A stretch of 64,000 nucleotides of DNA. It comes from Savitreella phatthalungensis (taxonomy: Eukaryota). The DNA is taken from positions 558,001-622,000 of the forward strand of contig AP039689.1 in the NCBI GenBank assembly GCA_051599415.1, written 5' to 3'. Below, piece by piece: positions 40,776 to 51,943 of this stretch. Each line of letters starts with the position of its first letter. Position 1 is the stretch's first letter. Under the pieces are notes generated by a model. The model was not told where the DNA came from and searched no databases. It saw only the letters and a list, made by a program, of their open reading frames with translations. Made by a program: the position numbers and the translations under genes.

Positions 40776-41912
40776 GCTGCTTCCGCCTTGTAAGACGGGA
40801 GAGCAGTAAGACGAGTGTGCCTTGACACTAACTTTCCAGAATAGGTGTAAGTGTAGGAAGCTGGCGATGGCCTGATGGCTACTTTAGAGACAGGTCGCTT
40901 CTACCGGATGTGTATCGCTGATTCGTGCGTTAGATGTTGAGAGCATCACGACGCACTCTATAGCATATCCACACGTCTGTCCGTTTGCCGAGTCACTTGA
41001 GCACGGGTTGAGTTCCGGAGAACATTGGTTACGTCGTTGAATACACTGGCCATATGCATGCACGGTCGACAACAGGTCGACAATGGCCTGCACAGCAGCA
41101 CGCGTGCGTAAATATGATCGTGCGTGTATATGATACATATCATTTGAATTTCATTGAATTTGCAGATGAGATACAACTTATATCGTCATAGTCAACATCG
41201 ATCTGTTGATTGGAAAGCCAGCTGGCTTTAGTCGCGTGCAAGCATATGAAAGGTTAGCTGTAGCTAGGTAGACTAGATTTCATGTGATGTGATAAGTACA
41301 GGCATCTTCGGCATATCATCAGTGGCGGTAGCACTAGCAGCAGGAGCACGAGCATCAGCGCAGACGCCAAAAATTTACTGCTTTATATCATCTTCTATAT
41401 ATCATATATCTTATATTTATTCAGGACGGTATCGCGTGCATACAGTATGTACGTATACGCGCGCGCACCGATATGCAGCACATATTCGCGTACGCACGTG
41501 CGTATCACAATGAAATTTATAGTAATATGATATCAATCTAATTGCGATCTAACCTTTCGGTCTCTCACAGCAGTTCCCAATTTCCAGATTGCGCGCGCAT
41601 GATCAAACACAATTAACTATAATTAAGTCTATTCCATTTACACCTATAGAGATATCGATAGATGTACACTTCTCCACACGCTTCGCGCAATACAACGCTC
41701 GAAGTCGCGCGCTCGATCAGACTCAAGTCGACGCCCTCAGATTCTTCCTTGATTCTATAGCGAACGCGGAACACGCAATCCTGGCTTTGGTGGCTTTGGT
41801 AGGGCAACACTACGGACTAGTCCACCTCATTCACGCGTAGTCAATAGCAATCATCTCTGTTGACTACCCGGCACAACGTTCGGGCTAATGATCAATCGGC
41901 TCAACTCACGCA

Positions 41913-43205
41913 ATGCACGACTCTTCTGATGAATTACAGCCGCCGTCGTCAGATGACGCCGGACAAGACCTGATAGCCCAACGCAGACGGATCCAGGCTG
42001 CGCAATCTGCCTACAACAGGGCTCAGCCGACGCCAAGCATCTTGTCTGCTTCACTAAGGGGTCCTGTCAAGTTCAGTCCATGGCTGGTCAGCAAGAAGCG
42101 CGGTCAAGTCCAAAGCAATGCGACTACTGACACTATTGATGTCTTTTTCAGGTCTACAAAGCCTGATCACTGCGCGGCGAAGGGTCAGCCTAGAAAGCGA
42201 CAGAAATTGGTCACTGCTGATATAGAGGCAACATCTTCTTCTCCGTTTCGCTCGGTGACAAGCAGGTCAAATGGCTCATCTCACGAAGCTTGGTCTCCCC
42301 AGAGCCGCAATGTAAGTAACGGCACAACTACTGTTTTTTCCGATGCTGTGAAACAGCCCATCCACGCCATGAACGCCGCCTGCCGTGGTTTGGGTATCAC
42401 AAATACCAGATTTGCTGGAAAAGACGGTACTGAACGGGATCGTCAGAGCTTGCCAGATCCGCGGCTACGTCCAGGAATGACACCGATTCGTCGAACGAGC
42501 TCGACATCTGCACTGTCCTATTCCCGCGCGCCTAGCAGAGTGTATTCGAAACGCCGCCCCGTGACGTCAGCGGCCGTATCCAGGACATTTCTGGATAGAT
42601 CAGCAGGTCTAGCAAAATGGTCCTCGCTCGTCGCAGGTACGCAGGAATCTGGCAAACAGGATATCATCAACGATCCGGTAGCGAGTCTTTCGATTCGCAA
42701 ATCCGCCACGCAAGCCGAGCTAGCAGTGTTACAAGAAGCAGCCGATACTGCACTCAATTCTCAGCCGCAGGTGACGCCAAGCTCGCGAGACTCCAAGTTA
42801 TGTGCCGATCCTGTTCTCCCAGAAGAGGTGCTTTCCCGGCAGGCACAGCATGAGCACCGCTCCTCCACACTAATTCAGACCGAATCGCCTCTTGATCCGA
42901 TAGGAGAATTCGCCCTCTACCACGACCGCCACATCGACTCAGAGGCAGAGAGAACATCATCGGAAGCAGCCAGTCGCGATCTGACAACCTTCCACCGGGG
43001 CTTCGCTGCCTTCAATTCCCCTGAGAGACACAACAAGAGTGCGCAATCGAATGAGATTTCCGTCTTTCCGCCACCGCCGCAATTCGCTCTTTTGGAGATG
43101 GAGACTGATTTGGACGCTACCCTCAAAAGCACCATGGAATATCTTGATGCGACTGCATGGTCAGCGCAAAAGGCCGGACGACTGCTGCTGCGAGCAGACC
43201 AATAG
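41913..43205 (+). CDS. Uncharacterised low-complexity fungal protein
   Basis: 430-aa ATG ORF, mostly S/R/T-rich. The short N-terminal motif ILSASLRGP...PW looks like a conserved fungal motif (from memory, unverified). Confidence 0.7.
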   Translation: MHDSSDELQPPSSDDAGQDLIAQRRRIQAAQSAYNRAQPTPSILSASLRGPVKFSPWLVSKKRGQVQSNATTDTIDVFFRSTKPDHCAAKGQPRKRQKLVTADIEATSSSPFRSVTSRSNGSSHEAWSPQSRNVSNGTTTVFSDAVKQPIHAMNAACRGLGITNTRFAGKDGTERDRQSLPDPRLRPGMTPIRRTSSTSALSYSRAPSRVYSKRRPVTSAAVSRTFLDRSAGLAKWSSLVAGTQESGKQDIINDPVASLSIRKSATQAELAVLQEAADTALNSQPQVTPSSRDSKLCADPVLPEEVLSRQAQHEHRSSTLIQTESPLDPIGEFALYHDRHIDSEAERTSSEAASRDLTTFHRGFAAFNSPERHNKSAQSNEISVFPPPPQFALLEMETDLDATLKSTMEYLDATAWSAQKAGRLLLRADQ

Positions 43206-43488
43206 TCGTAGGGTACTGAGATGCTCGGCACGGCCGGCAACTGAACCGTAAGCATGAAGTCAATCTCAAACAAGCTTGCACGCGACCGTGCATGTAGTCG
43301 CTTCAGACGTCTTTCGCATACGTGTTTTCGTCATCGATCTGTGGAATGTCAGACAGCGATTTGTTCAAATGGCCCCGTTCTCAAGTCATCGCGCTGCCAC
43401 TCTGTCAAATTCGTCCATCACTTCGCGCTGGTGATTGTCCTCCTGTACGAACGTCTACTCCAAACCAATTCAATCGGATCAACCTCAA

Positions 43489-44655
43489 ATGGCCACGAGC
43501 CCGGGGACGTCACCCCACATGACATGGACACCAAGTCGACGTATGCGCACGATACTGCGTCTTTGTACGGGCATCCTACTCTCGGTCATCGTCCTCTACA
43601 TTTTGTGGGAACGTCACGAAGCCCGTGTTCGTTTCCTGGAAGCCTGGCGTTCCTCGCGCACCTCTGCCATGCAAGAGACTACCGACAGAGGCGAGGGATC
43701 TCTGTCAGCCTCGCCTCCGTCAAAGACTGCCATTGCTGTTGTCGGCAACGTCAATCCAGAGTACGGTCTCGCCAGTGCTGACGGGTCAAAGATCACGCCT
43801 GGCCATGTCGTGCTGGTTGACATGAACAACGGTGAACACAACCCTGCTGGTGCATATATCGACTTCAGTGACGAAATCCACCAGCGCGACAGCTTCTGCA
43901 AGGCCAGCGGCATGTCGTACTTTCACTCAGAGGTCGAATTGACTGACCGACTGGAGATCATGTACTCGAAACCCAAACTGATCCGACAGGCCTTCCAGAG
44001 GTATCCTGAAGCAGAGTGGGCACTATACATGGACTTTGACGCTATGTTTGTGCGCAACAGCACGCATTGGCCTTCATTTATGCTTTCTCAACCTGCCTGG
44101 GAACGGATGCGCATTAGTTCGTCGCAGTCAAAGGGCGGAGTCGAGGATTTCTGGCCATCGCCGGACCAATTCCCGGATAAAGATATGGCCGAAAGCTACG
44201 CGGAGACCGAGTTCATCGTCACGGGTGACATGTGGGGTCTCAACATGGGTAGCTTCATGGTCCGACGTCGGCCAGTGGCTGACACGGTCCTCGACTTCTG
44301 GACCGAGCCCCGGATGCACGGTAATGAGGCTGGCGTCATTGACGAGCAGTCTCTTTTCGCCGAATTGCTTTCTCGCCATGACAGTCTCAGGAAGCGGACG
44401 ACGATCGTCAAACAGACCTCGATCAATACCTATGAGCACCAGTGGCGTCGAACGCCCGGCGGCAAGGGTACCAAGGACATGCTCATCATGCACATGGCGG
44501 GATGTTGGATGCGTGAGGGTCAATGTGCCTGGATCTGGCAGCAATTCGCCGAGGTCAGAGCGGGCGCTCGTCAATACTTTGATTCATTCGAAACCAGACC
44601 TGAAGGCGCAACTCGTCCGCGATCCGACGAAGAGCTTGCTCACCTCTACATCTAA
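43489..44655 (+). CDS. GT34 glycosyltransferase (GMA12/MNN10-like galactosyl/mannosyltransferase)
   Basis: Type II TM anchor (LCTGILLSVIVLYILW), YSKPKLIRQAFQRYPEAEWALYMDFDA (DxD), GLNMGSFMVR, EQS, INTY, HMAGC. Confidence 0.88.
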   Translation: MATSPGTSPHMTWTPSRRMRTILRLCTGILLSVIVLYILWERHEARVRFLEAWRSSRTSAMQETTDRGEGSLSASPPSKTAIAVVGNVNPEYGLASADGSKITPGHVVLVDMNNGEHNPAGAYIDFSDEIHQRDSFCKASGMSYFHSEVELTDRLEIMYSKPKLIRQAFQRYPEAEWALYMDFDAMFVRNSTHWPSFMLSQPAWERMRISSSQSKGGVEDFWPSPDQFPDKDMAESYAETEFIVTGDMWGLNMGSFMVRRRPVADTVLDFWTEPRMHGNEAGVIDEQSLFAELLSRHDSLRKRTTIVKQTSINTYEHQWRRTPGGKGTKDMLIMHMAGCWMREGQCAWIWQQFAEVRAGARQYFDSFETRPEGATRPRSDEELAHLYI

Positions 44656-44852
44656 CAGATTCTCAAGAACGAACGTATGATACTCGTTTGAACTTGTCTC
44701 TCACACGCACCGCTAGATGGCAAGAATGACATTCTTACTCGAAAGACCTTGGTCGTGAATTCTCTACGTGGGCGATCTGTTTATTGCTTTGGTACATTCT
44801 GCTTGCAGGTGGCGTGTTCTATAAATTAGTGAAAAGCTGAAAATGTTCGCTT

Positions 44853-45761
44853 CTATTCTGCCTTCTTACTTGTACCGCCAGCCTTGAGCTCCTCTGCAAG
44901 ACCAGCTTTGCGCGCTGCCTGTGTCGTCCGATATGCCCGATACGACTTGTCTGTGCCCATAATGTGGTCCCACCACCGGAAGGAGGTCGAGTAGCAGTTG
45001 ACGAACTTCTCATGATGGAAGTCATGGTGCTCCGCTCCTGACCAGAAGGGTATCAGCTTGTTGAGTGACCAGGGGAAGTCATAGCCGGAGTGAGCATCGA
45101 TTGCTTGGAACAGACGAAGTGTAATCCACACGTACATGGTGAACAGGTGAAGATGGCCGAACAACGCGGAGAACAGAATAGGGCTGCCGACGGTGCCGGT
45201 TCCAAGAATGAGCGTCTCGAGCGGATGAGCGTACTCGGCAGCAAGACCGAAGGGTGCAGAGTACTTATGATGCATTTTGTGAATGTGCTTGTAGAAAGCG
45301 CCGTAGTGTAACAGCCGATGTGCCCAGTAGTGGAAAGTGTCCTCCATTACAAAAAAGATTGCAATTTGCCAGACCATCGTCTTGAGCGTTGGGAACGGCA
45401 CACCCCATTCAAGACCAAACATCTCGCAAATCGGATGGAAGAGCCAGATAAGAGGCAGCTCGGCAGCAAAGTGCGAGATGAGGACATGCTTGGTGCACTC
45501 CCACTGTTCCTGCGGAGAAGGCACCTTGCCTGGCTGGAGCTTATACCTATTGAAAACGGACGGCATAGCGTCAATGACGACCCAGGGAATGGCGCGACCG
45601 AAGTAAGTCACTTCATGGAAGATGAATGACAGAAGACCGGTGGCAATGGTATCATTGTCCACCCAGCTATAGTAAGCCGCCCAGGATCTCTCCAACATAT
45701 TGAGCTGGGGCATCGTTGCGGCGGTACGCAGAAGCGCATCCGAGTAGGTGCCGTTGAACAT
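44853..45761 (-). CDS. ERG25: C-4 methylsterol oxidase
   Basis: [71 protein letters not shown]-terminal KKxx (KKAE). Confidence 0.97.
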   Translation of the reverse strand: MFNGTYSDALLRTAATMPQLNMLERSWAAYYSWVDNDTIATGLLSFIFHEVTYFGRAIPWVVIDAMPSVFNRYKLQPGKVPSPQEQWECTKHVLISHFAAELPLIWLFHPICEMFGLEWGVPFPTLKTMVWQIAIFFVMEDTFHYWAHRLLHYGAFYKHIHKMHHKYSAPFGLAAEYAHPLETLILGTGTVGSPILFSALFGHLHLFTMYVWITLRLFQAIDAHSGYDFPWSLNKLIPFWSGAEHHDFHHEKFVNCYSTSFRWWDHIMGTDKSYRAYRTTQAARKAGLAEELKAGGTSKKAE

Positions 45762-46619
45762 CCCTGCTTAAGCCTGTAGTTGCCTGTCAGCGCAGGTATA
45801 GAGCTTAATGATTTCAGGACATGTGTGTGTATCTATATATATGTGCTTTGTGATTGGGAGTGCTCGGCAAGGAGAAAGTACTTTTTTGTTCTTATGTCAG
45901 TCATTCATCCTGGTTAAGCTAGCTTTGAATCCACTATTTACAGGCAGCCTGACAGACTGGCTGATGCATGGGCAGTCAGCGGAGCCTGCCTTGAGTATTA
46001 CGATGGATAGTTCTGCACTGATAAATTTGGTCAGACCACTGAGAAGATGCACGAGATCTTTCAATTTTCGTGTTGGATATACCAAGGGATATCAGGTTTG
46101 ATATTTGGCGCCTTGATCAAATATCAGCACAATTAATTGATCCAGATTTTCCAGCCTGATCATTTATCTTTTGAAGGGATGCATGACTGTAGATATCTTT
46201 CAACATGCATTAATGCTCGTGGCTCCACGTGACTATTCAATACGCCACATAATCATTCATATGCAGTATACATGCTCGGTCATATATACAGTATGTCACG
46301 ACGCTCAACGGCTTGCACACTCGTGCAATTTGCGTAGATGCGCCACATTCGGAAAGGTCTCCCATGCTGGCATCCTCGGTTCTGTTGATTACGGAGGACG
46401 GATTCCCCAAAGGTCAATGGGTTCTCAACTGTGACAAAGCAATCTCTATAAGAGTCTGAGCACATCTGACTTCGTGTTCTGCAGCTAGAAAAAAAGCGGT
46501 GTCTGGCCGTGTGCTAAAGCGGTTGAGATGACACAACCAGAACCAAGTTGGCACTCACCCTCAATTGAGGATCTTGAACAATTGTCTCGAAGCCAGTTCA
46601 GCGACTACTAGCGAGAAAG

Positions 46620-46658
46620 GATCTTGCAGAGCTACAGCGGCTGATCTTGCAGAGCTAC
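46620..46658. repeat. 16-bp perfect direct repeat gatcttgcagagctac x2 (period 23)
   Basis: Copies at 46620-46635 and 46643-46658. Confidence 0.85.
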
Positions 46659-46880
46659 CCTGGCTTTCGACGCGACCAATAACTTTGCCACTGGCCAACT
46701 TGCCCGTGCAATTTTGAGAGCGATCTTCCAATGGCACACACATCAAACTTCACACATCAAAACTCTAGCATTGTGAGCACACATCGTCCAAAAACGCAGG
46801 GTAATAATGGCGCACACGAGATCTCGCGCTGCTGCATCTCGACACTCGCTCGGCGATGCACACCTGATTCAAATTCTTAT

Positions 46881-48011
46881 TTAGACGACAAAGACAGAGC
46901 GCCTGTCCTTGTCTGAGAAAGCCTCTTCGGCGTCTTCTAGCCTACGACGTGCCAATTTGACGCCACCAAGCTTCTCAATGTCCAGTTTAGCAAGTGTCTT
47001 GAGGAGTTCGGGAAAGTGGTCGCCAGCGTCTTTTGTTAGTGACCACGAGCCTGGACCAGCACCTCGCACGGTCAAGTTGTGCGATCGGAAAAGTGCGGCA
47101 GGGATGTCGACATCGAGCGAGCCAACGCTGCCAATGTTGACGTACTGCGTATGATATTCATGGGCATGAGCCGCATCACTGGGCAAGGCAGACAATAGTT
47201 CCACAGCCGCATAGCCGTAAACGTAGTCGAGAACAACGTCCACTTTTGCATCTGAAAGCGACGAAAAGTCCGTTTTTCCGGCTTCATCAGAGAGCACGAT
47301 GCGCTCATCGAGATCAAGTTTCGCCATCTTCTCTTCACTACGCGCAACGCCGATGACCTTGCGAGCGCCGAGAATGCGACCGAGCGTGATAGCCACTTGA
47401 CCAGAAATGGAGGTCACGCCGAGAATGACCAATGTGAAGTCTTTGGGCAAGTTGGAGACCCTGGTCTTGATAGCCATCCATGATGACATGGCAGGGTTGA
47501 AAAGGGCTGCAACGTTGATGGCCACGTCCAGTCTAGCTTGCACATCACGCTTTTTGTCGTCAGGCAGATCGATCGAGTAAATACTGGTCTTCGGCACATA
47601 GACGGTTTCTGCAAAGCCGCCTCCTTTGGGAATGACGATAAAGTATACCAGTTGACCATCAGGAGTTAATCCGACCCCATCCGCTCCCGCAGTGTACGGA
47701 AGCTTTGTCTTCGAAGCCGTATAGTGCTTTCCCGATGTTTGGGCTCGGACTAGGTTATGGAGACCAGAAGCCAACACACTGATCTTGACCTCGGAATCGT
47801 CGCTAGGCGTCGCAGATTCCGCACTTTCGGTGAATTTTGGTCCCTGTTGCCAATCAGCAACCTGAATGGCGCGCATGGTGCTCTTATGACGGTAAGATTT
47901 ATGTGGCAAACTGCTGTCGAATGCACCTCGGCTCGTGCCAGATTTGACGCGTCTGGAAGGTGCTGTCGAAGGTGTTTTGAGGTGGTTCTTAAGTACTTGT
48001 AACCTCTGCAT
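46881..48011 (-). CDS. MDR-superfamily quinone oxidoreductase-like protein with N-terminal PTS2
   Basis: GLHNLVRAQTSGKHY, LPYTAGADGVG, NPAMSSWMA, ILGVTSISG, DVVLDYVYG, GAGPGSWS; N-terminal RLQVLKNHL. Confidence 0.88.
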   Translation of the reverse strand: MQRLQVLKNHLKTPSTAPSRRVKSGTSRGAFDSSLPHKSYRHKSTMRAIQVADWQQGPKFTESAESATPSDDSEVKISVLASGLHNLVRAQTSGKHYTASKTKLPYTAGADGVGLTPDGQLVYFIVIPKGGGFAETVYVPKTSIYSIDLPDDKKRDVQARLDVAINVAALFNPAMSSWMAIKTRVSNLPKDFTLVILGVTSISGQVAITLGRILGARKVIGVARSEEKMAKLDLDERIVLSDEAGKTDFSSLSDAKVDVVLDYVYGYAAVELLSALPSDAAHAHEYHTQYVNIGSVGSLDVDIPAALFRSHNLTVRGAGPGSWSLTKDAGDHFPELLKTLAKLDIEKLGGVKLARRRLEDAEEAFSDKDRRSVFVV

Positions 48012-49026
48012 ACACAGAGGGAAACAATACGTAAGGACGTCTGGGATTTATGCTAAAGTAAGTCGTGCCATGCTTACTGGGCCACGGAGAGCTGGGCTTT
48101 GCCGCCAACATGCTGCTTGACGGTACTAACAGTCACCGTATGTCGTAATTCCGATGGTTGACCATGTGCAGCTCCGTAAGCGATTCTCGTGCTGCGTGGG
48201 GCCGCAGTCAGTTGCGGTCCAGGGTTCACGCGATTCACATGCCCTCGCGGGGTCCAGATAGCGGCCTGAGATTGGAATGTTCAAGTACGTATGGACACTT
48301 TTATAATTTGGCAGGATTAGGCGAATTCGTAGTATTCCGGCAAAATGGAAACTGCTCTATCCTGGAAGTTGAGCATCAATGGAGCCATCATATTTCACCA
48401 GAGGACCCGTACCAGGAGGAAAGGAGCCAGGAAGGTATTCGGACAAGCGGAATATGAAGCCACTGATTTTCGATCGAGTTCATACATACAGTACGTATAC
48501 TTAGATACTGTATACCTTGTGTAGAGAACTATCATCGTGAACTCAATAATTGATATCTAGAACGTATGGCTCCGATATATCGTCTAATGTATGTTTCATA
48601 GATCTCAGTAATCAATTCCATGGAAATTGACTGCTGTGATTTCTGACAAGCACGTGCTTCTAGAGCTATGATGTAAACAATTTGAATATATATAGCTGGT
48701 AAATTTATATGTGCATTACTCGAGTTGTGCTACACGAGTCCATGTCACATCTGGCGAATTTCGAATCATACAAGCCATGAACCACTGAATCTGCTTAATG
48801 CATCCATGAATTCTAAATAATTTCAACGACCTGTAGAAAGCGGCATCACCAGGTGGCTCAGGCACACAATTAGAGCCAGAGCTTGAGCTCCAACGTTTCT
48901 TGTATTCCATCCTCCCACGCGTGACGCGTACGAACCTCAACGTCTCTCTACGATCGTGTCCCTTCCCAATAACGATTATCTTAGATGGTGAAAATTTCCT
49001 TCGGTGCAGGAATATCATGATCACTT

Positions 49027-50012
49027 ATGATGTCAGATTCTGAGGTGGACATCATTACGTTCGACGGCGCAGCTGCGAGTCCCATTCCTGATGTTCAGGT
49101 CGTGCCGTTTCCACAGCCAGATGACGCGATACAGCTCGTCGAATCGGTGTACGGGAGCCTGGACGAGCGTTTTGCTCGCTACAAGGCCGTTATAAGTGCT
49201 CAAGAAGAAGATCTACCCATCGACATATTCAAGCTACCGAAAGCGGGCAAGCCTGATTTCGGCAGGCGTCTGTTCAACAGACACGATGGCGTGGTTAAGC
49301 TCGATCGCGACGTGCTGCTTGACCAGATCAAGACGCAGAGTGAGCGCACCGAGGCTGAGAAGGTGAGTCTTTTGATAAAGTTGCTGCGCGAATCGCGATC
49401 TCATTCCGTCCCGGACTCCGCAACAGACTCGAGCACACCTGTGATGAGAAAACCAATTGACCAGAAGCGAGGACAAGGTCGTCGTCTTGACTTCCTCTCG
49501 CCGTGCTGGCTACAAAATACATTAGTCATAGTTACACTGAGGTGTTCTTGCTCACACATGAGCCGCGTTCTCGATCGCGACGGGAATGAGCGAATCCGCA
49601 GCTGCACTAACCAAGCACGGAAGACTGACCATCACAGGGCAAGCGCAAGATGCAGACGGCCGATTGGTTCGCACAAAATACCCCGGAGGTGACTACTGAG
49701 CTTAAACGCGACCTGCAGCTGCTTAAGATGCGCAACGTCATCGATCCGAAACGTTTTTACCGCAAGGAAGCCGGCCAGGTCAAAGATCTCCCGGAAACGT
49801 TTGAGGTCGGCACTGTCATTGCCGATTCCACAGATCCAGACTCGCTCAAGCAGACGCGTAAGCAGCAGAAGCGCACGATTGTCGAAGAGCTGCTTGCAGA
49901 CACGAATCGCCGCGCATATCTCAAGCGCAAGGCAGTTGAAATCGATACTCAAAAGCGCGCCGGCGGCAAGAAATTCTACCGAGATGTGCAGGCACGTAAG
50001 AGCAAGCGATGA
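49027..50012 (+). CDS. FCF2: rRNA-processing protein Fcf2; 2 exons (49027-49362, 49638-50012), 236 aa
   Basis: Exon 2 carries WF..TPEVTTELKRDLQLLKMRNVIDPKRFYRK..PETFEVGTVI..RKQQKRTIVEELLAD. The phase-0 intron is AAG/GTGAGT...CTGAC...CAG. Confidence 0.92.
49435..49546 (+). ncRNA. Intronic box C/D snoRNA, snR63/U46(SNORD46)-like, predicted guide for LSU helix-69 Am (yeast Am2256 equivalent)
   Basis: Box C GTGATGA at 49441-49447, box D CTGA at 49537-49540, terminal stem acacc/ggtgt. The 12-nt guide AGTCATAGTTAC (49524-49535) is complementary to conserved LSU GUAACUAUGACU; the D+5 rule selects the second A of GUAAC. Confidence 0.9.
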
Positions 50013-50189
50013 AACCATGCCCGCCGCCATTCGCCGACTCCGACAGCATATGTCTCCATGGCAAGCCACTGTGGCTCATGCTGCCCAGACAGCAGTATGA
50101 ATTGCGCGACAGCTCTTGTCACAGCCCTGCAACGACTCTGACGATGTGACGAATGTATAAAGCCCTCAGTCATACTGCTCAGTGTCTTG

Positions 50190-51833
50190 ATGATGTCCTC
50201 GTGGTCGCTCGGCGTCCTTGACGTCGACGCAGATGTCCCAGGAACAGTGCGCACTGGCTTACATGATCTCATCAATGGCACGCAGCTTGATGATCTCGCC
50301 GTGAGGCCCGTTGCGGCCAATGATCCGAACGATCCATTGCGCTTCTCTGCAGGTAAGAAAGCTCTGATACTCGTCACAGTTGCGTCACTTGCTGGTATGG
50401 GTGCGGTATTGGGCCCGATGGTCAACACTTCCTACAAGCAGGTTGTACACGACTTCAACATCACACTGGATGCTGCAACTGGCGCATTGAGCGGGTGGTA
50501 CCAATTCGCAATCGGCCTAGGAGGACTTATTTTCGCACCACTTAGTGTTATGTATGGCAAGCGCGGCATTTTTGTTGCCGCGATATGTCTTGTTGCCGGA
50601 ACTAATCTCTGGCTCTGGAAAGCTGGCAGTGTCGCTTCTCTTACAGCTGGTCGACTGGTGCAGGGACTCGCGCTTGCGCCAATCGAGCTTCAGAGCATCA
50701 GCGTTGTGGCCGATCTTTTCTACGTCCATCAGCGTGGCCGGACGCTTGCCTGTATGACAATTATACCCTTTGGGATGATTCTGGTATCGCAGCTCGGCGC
50801 CGGAGCAGTAGTCGAGCATAACTCGTGGCGTCTTCTCTTCAGAGCAGGGACCATCGCTTTTTTCATGTTGATTCCAGTAGCCTTCTTTGGCTTTCTCGAG
50901 ACGCAGTATCGACGAGCGGTTCTGCTTGCAAAATTTGGGCCATGGCATCGATCTTCCCCGACGATCGAGACTGGCACGTCCACTGCTCCGCGCGAACATC
51001 TGAAGCCTGATGTGAACACGACAGAGAAAAACGAAGAAGCAACCACGGCGAGGGTTTTTGAAGATCCTCCGTCCAAAAAGACTTATATTGAATTGCTCAC
51101 GCTCGTTTCCGGTGTATACTCTGACGATCCTGCCTGGCTGATCTTCATCAGACCCTTACTAATTCTGGCGTATCCGGCTGTAATCTTCAACACCTTCGTC
51201 CATGGGCTCGGAGTGACGTGGATGCATACATTCAGCTTCGTCAAACTCGCCATTTTCACCCGTGCCCCGTACAACTTGACGACCACGCAAGTTGGCATGA
51301 CGGTGCTGCCGGGTGCAGTCCTGTCCTTCTTTGGCCACATCGTCAGTGGCTTCCTATCCGATGCCCTGGCAAAACGCTTGACAAGACGCAACAGAGGTGT
51401 ATTCGAGCCCGAATTCAGGCTGTGGCTCATGTTGCCACAATTCCTGGCGTCAACCATCGGTTTCTTCTTATTCGGATGGGCAACTGGCGGTCAGAAGCCT
51501 CTATGGATGGCTCTTGCAGGCCACGCCCTGGTCGCCTTTTCCGGACCATTCGGATCATTGGCTTCCTTCGGGTATATCGTCGATACGCTTGAGAAGGTCA
51601 ATCAAGAGGCGATCGTGGCATCCTTTGCAGTTCGTGCTGTCTTCATGCTCATTCTTGCAGATGTCGTCAATGGCTGGATTGAACGATCAGGGTCAACGAG
51701 AGTCTTCTTCATACTCGGCTCAGTCAATGCCATAGTATCTCTGTCGACGATACCCTTCTACATTTTTGGCAAAAGGTTGAGGTTCGCGCTGTCTCGCAAA
51801 GCTACGCTGAATAAGCTTGTAGGCCTCAAATGA
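50190..51833 (+). CDS. Major facilitator superfamily transporter (DHA1/HOL1-like)
   Basis: DPNDPLRFS..KK, YGKRGIF, GRLVQG, VADLFYVHQRG, ETQY, FEPEFRLW, PFYIFGKRLR; about 12 hydrophobic segments. Confidence 0.93.
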   Translation: MMSSWSLGVLDVDADVPGTVRTGLHDLINGTQLDDLAVRPVAANDPNDPLRFSAGKKALILVTVASLAGMGAVLGPMVNTSYKQVVHDFNITLDAATGALSGWYQFAIGLGGLIFAPLSVMYGKRGIFVAAICLVAGTNLWLWKAGSVASLTAGRLVQGLALAPIELQSISVVADLFYVHQRGRTLACMTIIPFGMILVSQLGAGAVVEHNSWRLLFRAGTIAFFMLIPVAFFGFLETQYRRAVLLAKFGPWHRSSPTIETGTSTAPREHLKPDVNTTEKNEEATTARVFEDPPSKKTYIELLTLVSGVYSDDPAWLIFIRPLLILAYPAVIFNTFVHGLGVTWMHTFSFVKLAIFTRAPYNLTTTQVGMTVLPGAVLSFFGHIVSGFLSDALAKRLTRRNRGVFEPEFRLWLMLPQFLASTIGFFLFGWATGGQKPLWMALAGHALVAFSGPFGSLASFGYIVDTLEKVNQEAIVASFAVRAVFMLILADVVNGWIERSGSTRVFFILGSVNAIVSLSTIPFYIFGKRLRFALSRKATLNKLVGLK

Positions 51834-51943
51834 ATAATGGACACAGAGATTTTCCAATGAGCGCTAGTACAAGACTCCTTCTGCACATAAGAATTATCAC
51901 TCTAATCATATCTCTCGCGTATTCATCATTCGTCGGGCAATTG

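Noticed and set aside
34970..45761. SUR2 and ERG25 as a lipid gene cluster
   Set aside because: They share a superfamily but are separated by unrelated housekeeping genes (DAM1, MRE11, GT34).
49027..49692. 221-aa track ORF as an independent gene
   Set aside because: It is FCF2 exon 1 read through the snoRNA-containing intron.
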